A stretch of 63,496 nucleotides of DNA. Source: Candidatus Hadarchaeota archaeon. GTDB lineage: Archaea; Hadarchaeota; Hadarchaeia; Hadarchaeales; Hadarchaeaceae. The notes below the pieces were generated by a model. It had not been told where the DNA came from. It saw only the letters and a list, made by a program, of their open reading frames with translations, and made no database searches. Each line of letters opens with the position of its first letter. Positions within the stretch are counted from its first letter, which is position 1. A program made the position numbers and the translations under genes. This document shows positions 54,491-63,496 of this stretch, one piece after another. The stretch lies in assembly GCA_964394495.1 (NCBI GenBank), contig CAYMXQ010000002.1, positions 1 through 63,496 of the forward strand, read 5' to 3'.

Positions 54491-55080
54491 TGTCAAACGA
54501 GAAAAAAACAATCAGGGATAAATTCAAGTCGTTGAGGATGCGCCTCTCTAGGGACGAGGTTTCAACAAAAAGTGAACAACTCAAAAAATCGCCCTTCGAA
54601 ATGCCTGAATTTTCAAAGGCTAAGACAGTCGCGTTCTACGTCGCAAAACAATCCAGCCACGAGGTCGAAACCGAGGACATGATTAAGGAAAGCCTGAAAA
54701 TGGGCAAGCGCGTGCTCGTGCCAATCGTCGACAAGACTAAGAGAAAAATACTCTTCTCAGAATTGCGGGGTTATGATTTGGAACTGGCTCCTGGGGCATT
54801 CGGCATCCTCGAGCCCAAACCTTCTTGCAGGCGATTAGTTCCAGCACATGAGGGCGATATCATCATCGTACCCGGAGTGGCGTTCGATCTCCACGGGCAC
54901 AGGCTTGGCTATGGAGGGGCTTACTACGACAGGCTTTTACGGGAGGTGTCGTCAATCAAGCCATCGGTTCGATTCATCGGTCTGGCGTACGAGATGCAGG
55001 TAGTAGAGAAACTGCCGAACTCCTCTCGCGACGTACCCGTGCACATCCTAGCGACCGAAAAGAGAGTGTTGCATTTTTAG
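54490..55080 (+). CDS. 5-formyltetrahydrofolate cyclo-ligase
   Basis: 196 aa with the C-terminal GYGGAYYDRLL motif. Confidence 0.85.
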   Translation: MSNEKKTIRDKFKSLRMRLSRDEVSTKSEQLKKSPFEMPEFSKAKTVAFYVAKQSSHEVETEDMIKESLKMGKRVLVPIVDKTKRKILFSELRGYDLELAPGAFGILEPKPSCRRLVPAHEGDIIIVPGVAFDLHGHRLGYGGAYYDRLLREVSSIKPSVRFIGLAYEMQVVEKLPNSSRDVPVHILATEKRVLHF

Positions 55081-55114
55081 GCGGGAAGACAATCGTGAAT
55101 TGTGGGGGCTGGAA

Positions 55115-56296
55115 ATGGACTCGAAATATGCCGATGTAGGCGTTGATGTCAAAAAGAAGGGCACGGAGGTCTTCAAATCATCCATAAAAAGCATTTTTCC
55201 CCGAGCATTTTGCCCCATAACTCGCGACACAAAAGTTGGAAAATATGGCCTAGTGCTCCACACGGATGGTGCTGGGAGCAAGCCCCTCCAGAACTACCTC
55301 CACTGGCGTGAAACTGGCAAGAGCAGTTGGTTCAAGGGCATAGCCCAGGATGTCGTCGCGATGAACGTGGACGATGTGATATGTGTGGGGGCGGCGCCCG
55401 TGGGTTTCGTGGATTACGTCGCGATAAATCCGTCCAAGGTCCCCAAGGAGGAGCTGCTGTTCGCCCTCAACGCGGGTTTCAAGGAATGTTTTGACATGCT
55501 CAGGAGGCACGGGATAAAGTTGCCGTTCCTAGGTGGGGAGACGGCCGACCTCCCTGACCAGCTTCGGACGCTGGATGTCTCCGGCACGATAAGCGCCCGT
55601 GTCGAGTTGTCTAAAGTCATAAGCGGCGAGAAGATCAAGCCGGGCGATGTTATCGTGGGCCTGATGAGCGGCGGACGCACTAAGTATGAGCAACGTAAGA
55701 ACAGCGGGATAATGTGCAACGGCATAACGCTCGCGAGGCACTGTCTGATGAAACACGACTATGAGCGCAAGTATCCCGAGCTTAAGGATTCAGATAGCAG
55801 GGGCTATTACGGGAAGTTTTCGTTCGATGAGCATCACGACGAACTTGACATGACGGTCGGCGAAGCGATTCTGTCCCCAACCAGGATTTTCGCCCCCGTG
55901 GTAGCGAGAATTTTGGAGAAGTGTGGGGAGCAAGTGACAGGTTTGGTCCACAATACCGGCGGTGGGCAGACGAAGTGTTTGAGATTGGGCAAGAACATCC
56001 ATTACATAAAAGACAATTTAATCAAGCCGTACGGGATATTCCATTTGATCCAGTGGGAAGCCAGTGTGAGCTGGCGGGAGATGTTCGAGGATTTCAACAT
56101 GGGAGTCGGATTTGAGGTCATTGCGAGAAAAGAAGACGTGGATGGGATCCTAGCCATCGCTGAGAGGTTTGGCCTGGGGGCAAAGGTTATCGGGAGATGC
56201 GAGAAAAGCGATGGAAAGAACAAATTGACGATAAGGAGCGGGTTCGGAAAATTTGGGTATGGGCGAAGCCATGAAGCAGTACCACGCGAGGATTGA
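55115..56296 (+). CDS. purM: Phosphoribosylformylglycinamidine cyclo-ligase (AIR synthetase)
   Basis: N-terminal KYADVGVDV. PurM N- and C-domains (DGAGSK, GGETA). ATG at 55115. Confidence 0.88.
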   Translation: MDSKYADVGVDVKKKGTEVFKSSIKSIFPRAFCPITRDTKVGKYGLVLHTDGAGSKPLQNYLHWRETGKSSWFKGIAQDVVAMNVDDVICVGAAPVGFVDYVAINPSKVPKEELLFALNAGFKECFDMLRRHGIKLPFLGGETADLPDQLRTLDVSGTISARVELSKVISGEKIKPGDVIVGLMSGGRTKYEQRKNSGIMCNGITLARHCLMKHDYERKYPELKDSDSRGYYGKFSFDEHHDELDMTVGEAILSPTRIFAPVVARILEKCGEQVTGLVHNTGGGQTKCLRLGKNIHYIKDNLIKPYGIFHLIQWEASVSWREMFEDFNMGVGFEVIARKEDVDGILAIAERFGLGAKVIGRCEKSDGKNKLTIRSGFGKFGYGRSHEAVPRED

Positions 56297-56516
56297 GGTC
56301 AAGTTGAAGCCGGGGTACTTGGACCCGGAGGGCGAGACGGCCAGGAAGGCGTTGCTCGACCTGAGGTACAAGGTCCAGAGGGTCGGCACGGCGAGGATTT
56401 ATGAAATAGACCTGCAGGCGACGTCGCTTGAGGACGCGAAGAAAAAAGTGGACGAGATGTGCAGGAGGCTGCTCGCTAACCCCGTTAAAGACGATTACAC
56501 TTTTGAAGTGAAATGA
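56271..56516 (+). CDS. purS: FGAM synthase subunit PurS
   Basis: 81 aa with the motif IEVKLKPGYLDPEGETARKAL. Overlaps the purM end by 26 nt. Confidence 0.88.
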   Translation: MKQYHARIEVKLKPGYLDPEGETARKALLDLRYKVQRVGTARIYEIDLQATSLEDAKKKVDEMCRRLLANPVKDDYTFEVK

Positions 56517-56517
56517 G

Positions 56518-58887
56518 ATGACTTCCTTTTACGTAAAAAAGGGGTTTCCATTCGAGCTTCACGAGGTCAGCCTACTTGACGCCGGCGATGAACAGCTTTC
56601 CAAGATAAGTCAGGAACTCGGCCTAGCTCTGAACCCGGAGGAAATGCAGGCATGTAGGAGCTACTTCTCAAGGAAAGGCAGAAACCCGACCGATATCGAG
56701 CTCCAGACCATAGGTCAGACCTGGTCAGAGCACTGCTACCACAAGACGTTCAAGGGCGAGATGCTCGTCGGCAAGCGCAAGGTAAGGCTATTCAAGGACC
56801 TCATCTCAAAGGCGACGAAGGAACTATCGCTGCCCTGGTGCGTCTCCGTTTTCGAGGACAACGCGGGCATAGTCGACTTCGAGCACGGATATGCGATAGC
56901 GGCCAAGGTCGAGACGCATAACCACCCCTCCGCGATAGAGCCCTTCGGGGGCGCGGCCACCGGCGTCGGGGGCGTGATACGGGACATCTTAGGCGTCTGG
57001 GCGAAGCCGATAGCAAACATGGACGTGCTGGGGTTCGGCCCATTGGATTACGATCATGAAGCCCTCCCTGCAGGCGTGAAGCACCCGAAGTACATCTTCA
57101 ACGGGGTAGTGGCGGGGATAGGATGTTACGGCAACAACATGGGTATCCCGACCGTCAACGGCGGCATCTACTTCGACGAGAGCTACGTCGGAAACCCCGT
57201 GGTGTACTGCGGTTGCGTTGGCTTGCTACCAGTGAATAAATTCGTGAAGAGGACAAAGCCTGGGGACGTAGCCATCCTCGCGGGCGGTAGGACAGGCAGA
57301 GACGGCATCCACGGCGTCACGTTCGCATCGGCAGAGCTCACGGCGGAGTCGGAGGAGGTCTCCAGGCCGGCTGTCCAGATTGCCAACCCCATAGAGGAGG
57401 AGAAGCTGAAGCGTGCCATCCTCCAGATAAGGGACGAGGGACTCGCATCCGGCATAACCGACCTTGGCGGTGGCGGTCTATCATGCGCAGCTGGTGAGGT
57501 GGCAGATCGCTCGGGCTGCAGCATCACCGTTGAACTCGATAAGGTGCCTCTGAAGCACCCGAACATGCCGCCCTGGGAGATTTGGATATCAGAGTCCCAG
57601 GAGAGGATGTTCCTGACTGTTCCGAAGAAGAACCTCAGAAGGGTGCTTGAGATCTTCCATGACGAGGACGTGGTGGCCACGGTAGTAGGACATTTCACGA
57701 AAGGCAACACGGCCAAGGTCGTGTACAACGGGCACGAGATACTTGACCTAAGCCTGGATTTCCTGTACGGTCCGCCTACCGTCAGGAGAACCGTGAAACG
57801 CAAAGCACACAAGCTAAACGAGCCACGTCTCTCGCAGCCCTCCAACATGACCAAAGTATTGCTGAAACTGCTCGCCGCGCCTAACATCGCCAGCAAGGAG
57901 AGCGTGGTGAGGACTTACGACCACGAGGTCCAGGGAAACACCGTCCTGAAACCGTTTCAGGGCAAGCACAGCGGACCAAACGACGCCGCAATCCTGAAGC
58001 CGCTTCAGGACTCTTGGCGCGGGGTGGTAATCTCCTGCGGGATGAACCCGAGCTACGGGCGGATAGACCCATACTGGATGGCCGCATCGAGCGTCGATGA
58101 GGCGATTAGAAACAACGTCGCGGTCGGAGGGAGGAGAATCGCTCTTCTAGACAACTTCACGTGGGGCAATCCAGAGAAGAACGAGCACCTCAGCGCGCTG
58201 GTGGACGCGTGCGAGGCATGTTACGACTTCGCCAAGGCTTTCGGCACGCCCTTCATCTCCGGGAAGGACAGCCTGTACAACGAGTCGCCATTGGGTCCAG
58301 TTACACCGACGTTCCTGGTGACAGCGATCGGCATCATCCCGGACGTAAGAGATGCGGTTTCGATTGATTTGAAGCGGTCTGGTGACGCGATTTATGTGGT
58401 CGGACGTACTTTTCCAGAGCTCGGCGGTTCAGAGTATTACAGGCTGTTCAAGGAGGTCGGAAAAAGCGTCCCGGAGGTCAGGGCTGCCGACGCGAAAAAG
58501 ACGTTGACTTCAGTCACAGAAGCGATTGACCCGGGTTGCGTCAGGGCATGCCACGACGTTTCGGAGGGGGGCCTGGCTGTCGCGGCTGCGGAGATGGTCC
58601 TGGGCAGCGACCACGGTGCGGAGCTGGACTTGAGGAAAGTCCCGGCGTCGATGGGCGGCAGGGCGAGAGATGATTTAGCAATGTTTTCCGAGTCTAACAG
58701 CAGGTTCCTGGTCGAGGTCGCACGCGGGAAGGAGAAAAAGTTCGAGAAGATTATGAAGGGCGATTTCGGGCTAGTCGGCATGGTGAGCGAGGCGGGTGGG
58801 CTTTCCGTGAGGGGGCTGAAGGGTAAAAAAGTGATCGACGTCAGCTCCAGAAAACTGCGGGAAGCCTGGAAGGGAGGGTTGAGGTGA
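56518..58887 (+). CDS. purL: FGAM synthase II
   Basis: 789 aa with the motifs ETHNHPSAIEPFGGAATGVGG and GKDSLYNE. Confidence 0.93.
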   Translation: MTSFYVKKGFPFELHEVSLLDAGDEQLSKISQELGLALNPEEMQACRSYFSRKGRNPTDIELQTIGQTWSEHCYHKTFKGEMLVGKRKVRLFKDLISKATKELSLPWCVSVFEDNAGIVDFEHGYAIAAKVETHNHPSAIEPFGGAATGVGGVIRDILGVWAKPIANMDVLGFGPLDYDHEALPAGVKHPKYIFNGVVAGIGCYGNNMGIPTVNGGIYFDESYVGNPVVYCGCVGLLPVNKFVKRTKPGDVAILAGGRTGRDGIHGVTFASAELTAESEEVSRPAVQIANPIEEEKLKRAILQIRDEGLASGITDLGGGGLSCAAGEVADRSGCSITVELDKVPLKHPNMPPWEIWISESQERMFLTVPKKNLRRVLEIFHDEDVVATVVGHFTKGNTAKVVYNGHEILDLSLDFLYGPPTVRRTVKRKAHKLNEPRLSQPSNMTKVLLKLLAAPNIASKESVVRTYDHEVQGNTVLKPFQGKHSGPNDAAILKPLQDSWRGVVISCGMNPSYGRIDPYWMAASSVDEAIRNNVAVGGRRIALLDNFTWGNPEKNEHLSALVDACEACYDFAKAFGTPFISGKDSLYNESPLGPVTPTFLVTAIGIIPDVRDAVSIDLKRSGDAIYVVGRTFPELGGSEYYRLFKEVGKSVPEVRAADAKKTLTSVTEAIDPGCVRACHDVSEGGLAVAAAEMVLGSDHGAELDLRKVPASMGGRARDDLAMFSESNSRFLVEVARGKEKKFEKIMKGDFGLVGMVSEAGGLSVRGLKGKKVIDVSSRKLREAWKGGLR

Positions 58888-58891
58888 TGTC

Positions 58892-59698
58892 ATGAATAGG
58901 CCTAAAATCTGTATCCTGAGAGTTGGCGGCACTAACTGCGACGGAGAGACGAAAGTGGCCATAGACAGCTTGGGGGCGAGGTCAGAGATCGTCCATCTGA
59001 ACAAGCTGATTGGGAATAAGAAGATTATGGGCTACGATGCCCTGGTGATCCCCGGAGGTTTCTCATACGGCGACCATGTCAGGGCAGGTGTTATACTCGG
59101 TAAAAGGATGACAAGCGCTCTCTCAAAGGAGCTGGAGAAGTTCGTCGAGGAGAGGAGGCCAGTCCTGGGGATATGCAACGGTTTTCAGGTGCTCGTGGAG
59201 TCAGGGCTTTTGCCTGGGTTCGACGGCATAAGTGATCACCCGCAGGCAGCGCTCGCGATAAACGGCTCCGCGAAGTTCGAGTGCAGGTGGGTTCATCTTA
59301 AACACGAGAACCGCAGGAATTGCATCTTCACGCGAAAACTGAAAAATGGGCATAAGGTCTTCATGCCGGCCGCACACGCTGAGGGGAGGTTCGTATTCCA
59401 AAAAGAAAATGAGGAAAAGAACCTGAGAAAGCTGAAAAGGAACGATCAACTGGTCTTCCGATACTGCGATGAGGAGGGGAACTACGCAAAGGGAAGATAT
59501 CCGGTCAACCCGAACGGAGCGTTCCACGACATAGCAGGCATATGTGACCCGAGCGGGACTGTTTTTGGGCTCATGCCGCACCCAGAAAGGGCGTATTTCG
59601 GGGTCCAGTTGCCAGATTGGACCGCCGCCGGCCAGGTGCGGAGATACGTCGATGGAAGGCTGATATTCGAATCCATGGTCGAGTATCTGAGGGAATAG
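58892..59698 (+). CDS. purQ: FGAM synthase I (glutaminase subunit)
   Basis: 268 aa. Class I GATase nucleophile elbow GICNGFQ and the distal HPE motif. Confidence 0.92.
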   Translation: MNRPKICILRVGGTNCDGETKVAIDSLGARSEIVHLNKLIGNKKIMGYDALVIPGGFSYGDHVRAGVILGKRMTSALSKELEKFVEERRPVLGICNGFQVLVESGLLPGFDGISDHPQAALAINGSAKFECRWVHLKHENRRNCIFTRKLKNGHKVFMPAAHAEGRFVFQKENEEKNLRKLKRNDQLVFRYCDEEGNYAKGRYPVNPNGAFHDIAGICDPSGTVFGLMPHPERAYFGVQLPDWTAAGQVRRYVDGRLIFESMVEYLRE

Positions 59699-59699
59699 A

Positions 59700-60638
59700 T
59701 TACTCGAACTCGATAGTGGCCGGAGGCTTGCTCGACAGGTCGAAGAGGACGTGTGTCACGGTGGGCAGTTCCTTGGTAATCCTCTTCTCGATCTTGCGCA
59801 TCGTGTCCCACGGAATGGTCGATGGCTCTGCGGTCATGGCATCTTTGGACTGAACCGCCCTAACCACCATTATCTCACCGTATTTTCTCTTCCCAGATTT
59901 CGTAATCCCAGTCCCTCTATCGCTCATGAGCACGGCGAATGCTTGGAAGCAATCAAATTCTTTCGTCTCTTCCTCCACGATCACCGTCGCTTTCCTCACG
60001 AGTTCGACTCGTTCGGGCGTCACCTCGCCTAGGACCCTTATCGACAGACCCGGTCCAGGAAAAGGCCTCCTCTCGGAGACCTCCTTCGGTAGGCCCAGCG
60101 CCCGCGCCACCTCCCTGACCTCGGGTTTGTAAAGCTCCTTCAGCGGCTCGAGGACCTTGTAACCGTACCGCTCCATCGGGTTGATTCCTATCTGCTCGAG
60201 GACGTTATGTTGCGATTTTACCCCACCCTTGGTCTCGATCACGTCGGCCGCTATGGTCCCCTGGAGCAAGTAGTCAACCTTTAGTTCACGGGCTAGACGG
60301 GCGAAAGTCTGGTAGAACGCCTCCCTGAACGACTTCCTCTTCTCCTCGGGATCGGTCTTTCCCTTCAGGGCCTTGAAGAAGTCGTCATCGACGTCCTTGA
60401 TTTCGGCCTTTATCCCGATTTTCATCAGGACGCTTATCACCTGCTGGGGCTCGCCCTTGCGCATCAAACCGTCGTCCAGGAAAATGACCTTCAGCCTGTC
60501 CTCGACCGCCCTGTGCCCGAGCGCGGCCGTGACCATGCTGTCAACGCCACCGGAGGTCGCGCACACAGCTTTCCCGCCGCCGATGGCCTGCTTCAGCCAC
60601 GCGGTCTTCTCCTCGACGAATTTCTCGGGTTTAAACAT
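59700..60638 (-). CDS. guaA: GMP synthase subunit B (ATP pyrophosphatase)
   Basis: 312 aa from MFKPEKF. PP-loop TSGGVDS. The 81-codon upstream extension in the ORF track has atypical A/T-ending codon usage and no homology signal. Confidence 0.9.
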   Translation of the reverse strand: MFKPEKFVEEKTAWLKQAIGGGKAVCATSGGVDSMVTAALGHRAVEDRLKVIFLDDGLMRKGEPQQVISVLMKIGIKAEIKDVDDDFFKALKGKTDPEEKRKSFREAFYQTFARLARELKVDYLLQGTIAADVIETKGGVKSQHNVLEQIGINPMERYGYKVLEPLKELYKPEVREVARALGLPKEVSERRPFPGPGLSIRVLGEVTPERVELVRKATVIVEEETKEFDCFQAFAVLMSDRGTGITKSGKRKYGEIMVVRAVQSKDAMTAEPSTIPWDTMRKIEKRITKELPTVTHVLFDLSSKPPATIEFE

Positions 60639-60976
60639 AGAGGGGGATACTTTTCTTCTTCGTGAACTACCCCCAGCTATCGCAGGGAGCTTCCTGCCTC
60701 GGCGACGGCCTGCTGGCGTCTCCACAGACGTGAATTCGGGGCGTTCCACCCCTACTACGTCCGTCAGGCGATTCCCTTCAGCTTTACGTGATACGGGACT
60801 ACCTAACGCAGTATGCATCACGACCCAGTGCTTGCAGGTGGACAACGCTAGTTTTTCCTCCAACTCATTTATAGGTTCCACCTCTCATCCCCTCCCTGAA
60901 GGAATGAGATTTCTCGGCGGTAGAGTTAAAAAGTTTTGGGCTCACCACAGGCCGAGCGAGGGCCGCACCTTTTCGA
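60639..60976 (-). promoter_or_regulatory. Long (338 nt) non-coding spacer and 5' leader upstream of guaA-B, with terminator, promoter-like box and stable hairpins
   Basis: Features on the minus strand: a U5 run just after the GH5 stop; a 9-bp hairpin UCUCAUUCC/GGGGAUGAGA (about 60883-60909); CTATAAAT at 60874-60867; then about 200 nt of GC-rich, helix-forming leader before the ATG. Confidence 0.45.
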
Positions 60977-62140
60977 CTAGTTCTTCCGCGATCGGCTCTT
61001 CACTTTTGCGGTCCACCATTCCACCCACCACCTGTAATCGGGCAACAACCCCAAACTCGTCAGCAGAAAGGAACCCGAAATCAGTGCTAACACGCCCGAG
61101 ACCGAGTACGTGACCAACATCAATTCGACGAAGCACAACGCTGGCGGTTCGCCCTGCAGACAGCCCTTCACCGCCACCCCGTACTGGCTCGGCGTAAAGT
61201 TCTCGTAATCGAGGAGCAGATTTGGAGCCCAATCGGCGCTGAAACAGTAGGCGATCCAGCTCGCCCCCCGCTCCTCCAACGCCTTCAGCGGAAGCTCGTC
61301 GGTCTCCGCGAACACGACCGGGAGCTTGTTCTCGTACTCGGCCGCCGGATTCCATTCCCAGTACGAGGTCCGCTTGTAGGCGAGGTTGTTGTCCTCGATC
61401 GGGTACTTCTCGCACCAGCTCAGATCCCTCGCGTACCAGATGCCGCTGACTATCAGGAGCTTGTCCGGGTCGTTCTGCCGAATCCTACTTATGATGTTCT
61501 CCTCGGCGAAGGCCTTCCACAGCAACCACGAGACCTCCAGGTTATCGTTCTCCGCCCACTTGACCTCGTTGAAGATTTCGTAAGCGACGACCGTATTCTC
61601 GTCCTTGTAGCGCTCGCTCGCGTTCTCCCAGAAGCCGATCAGCCAGTCGTTCCTGTAGTAGAAGATGTCCTCGGTGTGCTCGCCCGTCCACTCGGTGTGG
61701 TAGGTCTCCTCCGGTGGGAAGCCGACCGAATGGAAATCGAGTATGACCATCAGACCGTTCAGCTCCGCCTGCTGGATCGTCTTGTCAATGTCGTCCCACG
61801 GGAGCACGTTCTCCCAACCGTAGTAGATCACCGGGTAAATCGGCAGCCGAATCGTATTCGCGCCCCAAGCCTTCGCCTCCGCTATGTACTTGGCGAAATC
61901 AACGCCCCTGTTCTCGAGATAAATCGGAGGCATAATCCCGACGCCCCTGAACGCGACCTGCTCCCCGTCTTCTTCGGAGAAACCAGTACCGTCGACCCTG
62001 ATGTCCGCGACCAGAGGCGTGGTGAACCAGCCGACCCTGGCGATCAAGTAAAACGAGGACACAATGAATGTGATTAGACTGACTATGAAAACAACAGCCG
62101 AAATACGCACCATTGTGAGGCTCGGTCCCTTCTCTTTCAT
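60977..62140 (-). CDS. Membrane-anchored glycoside hydrolase family 5-like (TIM-barrel)
   Basis: 387 aa. N- and C-terminal TM segments. Motifs NTIRLP, ILDFH, YEIFNEV (acid/base Glu) and a FAETDE candidate nucleophile. Confidence 0.6.
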   Translation of the reverse strand: MKEKGPSLTMVRISAVVFIVSLITFIVSSFYLIARVGWFTTPLVADIRVDGTGFSEEDGEQVAFRGVGIMPPIYLENRGVDFAKYIAEAKAWGANTIRLPIYPVIYYGWENVLPWDDIDKTIQQAELNGLMVILDFHSVGFPPEETYHTEWTGEHTEDIFYYRNDWLIGFWENASERYKDENTVVAYEIFNEVKWAENDNLEVSWLLWKAFAEENIISRIRQNDPDKLLIVSGIWYARDLSWCEKYPIEDNNLAYKRTSYWEWNPAAEYENKLPVVFAETDELPLKALEERGASWIAYCFSADWAPNLLLDYENFTPSQYGVAVKGCLQGEPPALCFVELMLVTYSVSGVLALISGSFLLTSLGLLPDYRWWVEWWTAKVKSRSRKN

Positions 62141-62147
62141 AGTAATC

Positions 62148-63401
62148 CTATTCGGTCACGCCAGCGACCTGCGCGTATATCGCGATGGTTTCCGCTGCCA
62201 CCTTGTCGAGCGTGTACTTCTCCAGTATCCTCTTCCTACCGTTTCTTCCCAGTTCTTTCCTCAGCGTCTCTGATTCGAGCATCTCTATGGCGAACTTGGC
62301 AATGTCGTTGGGGTCGTCTGGGTTGATGTGAGCTCCGCACCTGTCAGGGCCGTATGGGACTATCTGCTCCTTGAATCCCGATACCCCCCTCGCCCCGACT
62401 ATCACAGGCTTGCCCATGCTCATAGCCTCCGCGCAGACGATCCCGAATGGCTCGTATTTAGACGGGAAGGCTGCGATGTCGCAGGACGCATAGTAAAGCA
62501 ATCGCTCGTTCTCGTTGACCATCTCATACCGCAGCTTCACGCTATTCTGGATCCCCAGGCTGGACACCAGGTGCCTTATCATGTTCTCCTGGTCGCCTTT
62601 CCCGAGTATGACAAGTTTCGCGTCCGGTACTTCTTTGAGCACGATCGGCATGGCGCGGACGAGGGTGTCTGCGCCCTTCACCCAGTTGAGCCTGCCGACG
62701 AAGAGCATCGTAGGGTCCGTCCCCACACCTATCTTTTCCCTGAATGCCGCGACTTTGTCGGGGGAGAACCTCTTGCTCTCTGGGTCGTATTTTTTCTCAT
62801 CGACACCGTTTGGCACCACTCTTATCTTCTTCTCCTCGTACCCAAGCGATATGAGCTGGTCACGCATCCCGTAGCTGACGGTTATTATCGCGTCCGCCAT
62901 CCTCCCGCCCAACCTTTCCAGACTTTTGATGGTTGGGGAGCCGTTCCCGGTCCTTCCCTCCTCCAAGGAGTGCAGGTGGAAGACGAGGGGCTTTTTGAGC
63001 GATCTTTTGCAGATTATACCCGCAATCGCAGAGAGCCAGTCGTGTGCGGCGATGATGTCAAAGTCACGTTTGTCGCTCCTCACTAGCAGGTTTATCGCTT
63101 TGGTGGCAGAGAGGATGTTGTACATGAAGACATCGGCGAAGTAATTTTGGGAGTCCAGTGGCCACCTCTTCACATCCTCAGGAACAAAGACGGGCAGCAC
63201 GTCGACCGCATCCGCCCCGAGCGGCCTGTGCACCTCCACGCCTTCGTAGAGGTCCCTTGTTATGGCGTCACCTGGGTTTTTCGAGAAGACCGTCACGCTG
63301 TGCCCCAGCCTAGCAAAACGCCGGGTCAGCTCGAACGCGTATGTCCCGAGGCCCCCCACGAAGAACGGTGGGAACTCGAACGGGAAGTACAGTATGTTCA
63401 T
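62148..63401 (-). CDS. Glycosyltransferase, GT4/GT5 (archaeal glycogen-synthase-like)
   Basis: 417 aa. N-terminal FPFEFPPFFVGGLGTY...GHSVTVF and C-terminal EPFGIVCAEAMSMGKPV. Confidence 0.8.
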   Translation of the reverse strand: MNILYFPFEFPPFFVGGLGTYAFELTRRFARLGHSVTVFSKNPGDAITRDLYEGVEVHRPLGADAVDVLPVFVPEDVKRWPLDSQNYFADVFMYNILSATKAINLLVRSDKRDFDIIAAHDWLSAIAGIICKRSLKKPLVFHLHSLEEGRTGNGSPTIKSLERLGGRMADAIITVSYGMRDQLISLGYEEKKIRVVPNGVDEKKYDPESKRFSPDKVAAFREKIGVGTDPTMLFVGRLNWVKGADTLVRAMPIVLKEVPDAKLVILGKGDQENMIRHLVSSLGIQNSVKLRYEMVNENERLLYYASCDIAAFPSKYEPFGIVCAEAMSMGKPVIVGARGVSGFKEQIVPYGPDRCGAHINPDDPNDIAKFAIEMLESETLRKELGRNGRKRILEKYTLDKVAAETIAIYAQVAGVTE

Positions 63402-63496
63402 GTTTGCCTCGTTAATTCCGGTTATTTCGTCTTCTCTTAAATGCTTGGGGCCATTATTTGCAATGTCCTCGTCATAACGACCAGGTTCTAGTCGCC

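Noticed and set aside
60700-60830. Possible ZTP (pfl) riboswitch in the guaA leader, because of GGGUCGUGA...CUGCG and CGCCUGACGG strings.
   Set aside because: Only short fragments resemble the consensus as I remember it. The P2 hairpin and the CCGCCUGGGC pseudoknot partner are not present. It cannot be supported without a covariance-model search.
60639-60881. 81-codon N-terminal extension of GMP synthase subunit B (GTG at 60881).
   Set aside because: The extension lacks GuaA homology and uses many A/T-ending codons, unlike the gene body. It also spans a TATA-like box and a strong hairpin. The conserved protein begins at MFKPEKF (60638).
1-63496. Looked for CRISPR arrays, IS elements or transposases, integrases, toxin-antitoxin pairs and known defence genes.
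   Set aside because: None was recognisable. The only repeated sequence beyond tRNA-like motifs is the 21-mer at 10082 and 18020, and the only mobile-element-like gene is the degenerate LAGLIDADG ORF.

Overview
Dense archaeal chromosomal segment, about 70 genes with many 4-nt start/stop overlaps. Archaeal origin is shown by PolD DP1/DP2, two Orc1/Cdc6, MCM, GINS, archaeal DnaG, Pelota, CarS and intron-containing tRNA. I saw no rRNA, CRISPR array, transposase or obvious defence island. Main blocks: (1) a minus-strand replisome operon MCM-GINS-Orc1/Cdc6-PolD small-HAD-PolD large (149-9826), with an AT-rich ORB-bearing origin-like region upstream (9827-10283). (2) A thr/gly operon: ApgM-like proposed homoserine kinase, ACT, hom, thrC, glyA (10284-15616). 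(3) An intergenic region holding a roughly 283-nt structured ncRNA and a tiny Cys-rich ORF. (4) Ogg, a PriS-like protein without catalytic residues, a second ORB-bearing AT-rich region, a degenerate LAGLIDADG gene, then tyrS with no canonical start codon. (5) A translationally coupled macro-LplB-LplA-LipS-LipS-GcvH-GcvPA-GcvPB-NAD-kinase-like operon (20700-28590). (6) A second Orc1/Cdc6 and a tRNA-Pro with two introns. (7) Lipid genes (Tes-like radical SAM, CarS), an arsenic module, DnaG, an Hjc-like protein, Pelota and a Hef-like helicase. (8) A purine/folate cluster purN-purD-purF, purE, purB-folD-MTHFS-purM-purS-purL-purQ and guaA subunit B. (9) GH5-like and glycosyltransferase genes. Most notable findings: the doubly interrupted tRNA-Pro, whose anticodon is a 4-nt micro-exon; the pseudo-primase, ORB and LAGLIDADG locus that shares an exact 21-mer with the MCM-proximal origin region; the macro and NAD-kinase-like genes bracketing the lipoylation/glycine-cleavage operon; a PurF with a dead glutaminase domain; and the unassigned structured RNA. 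All calls come from reading the sequence and ORF translations, and no searches were run.
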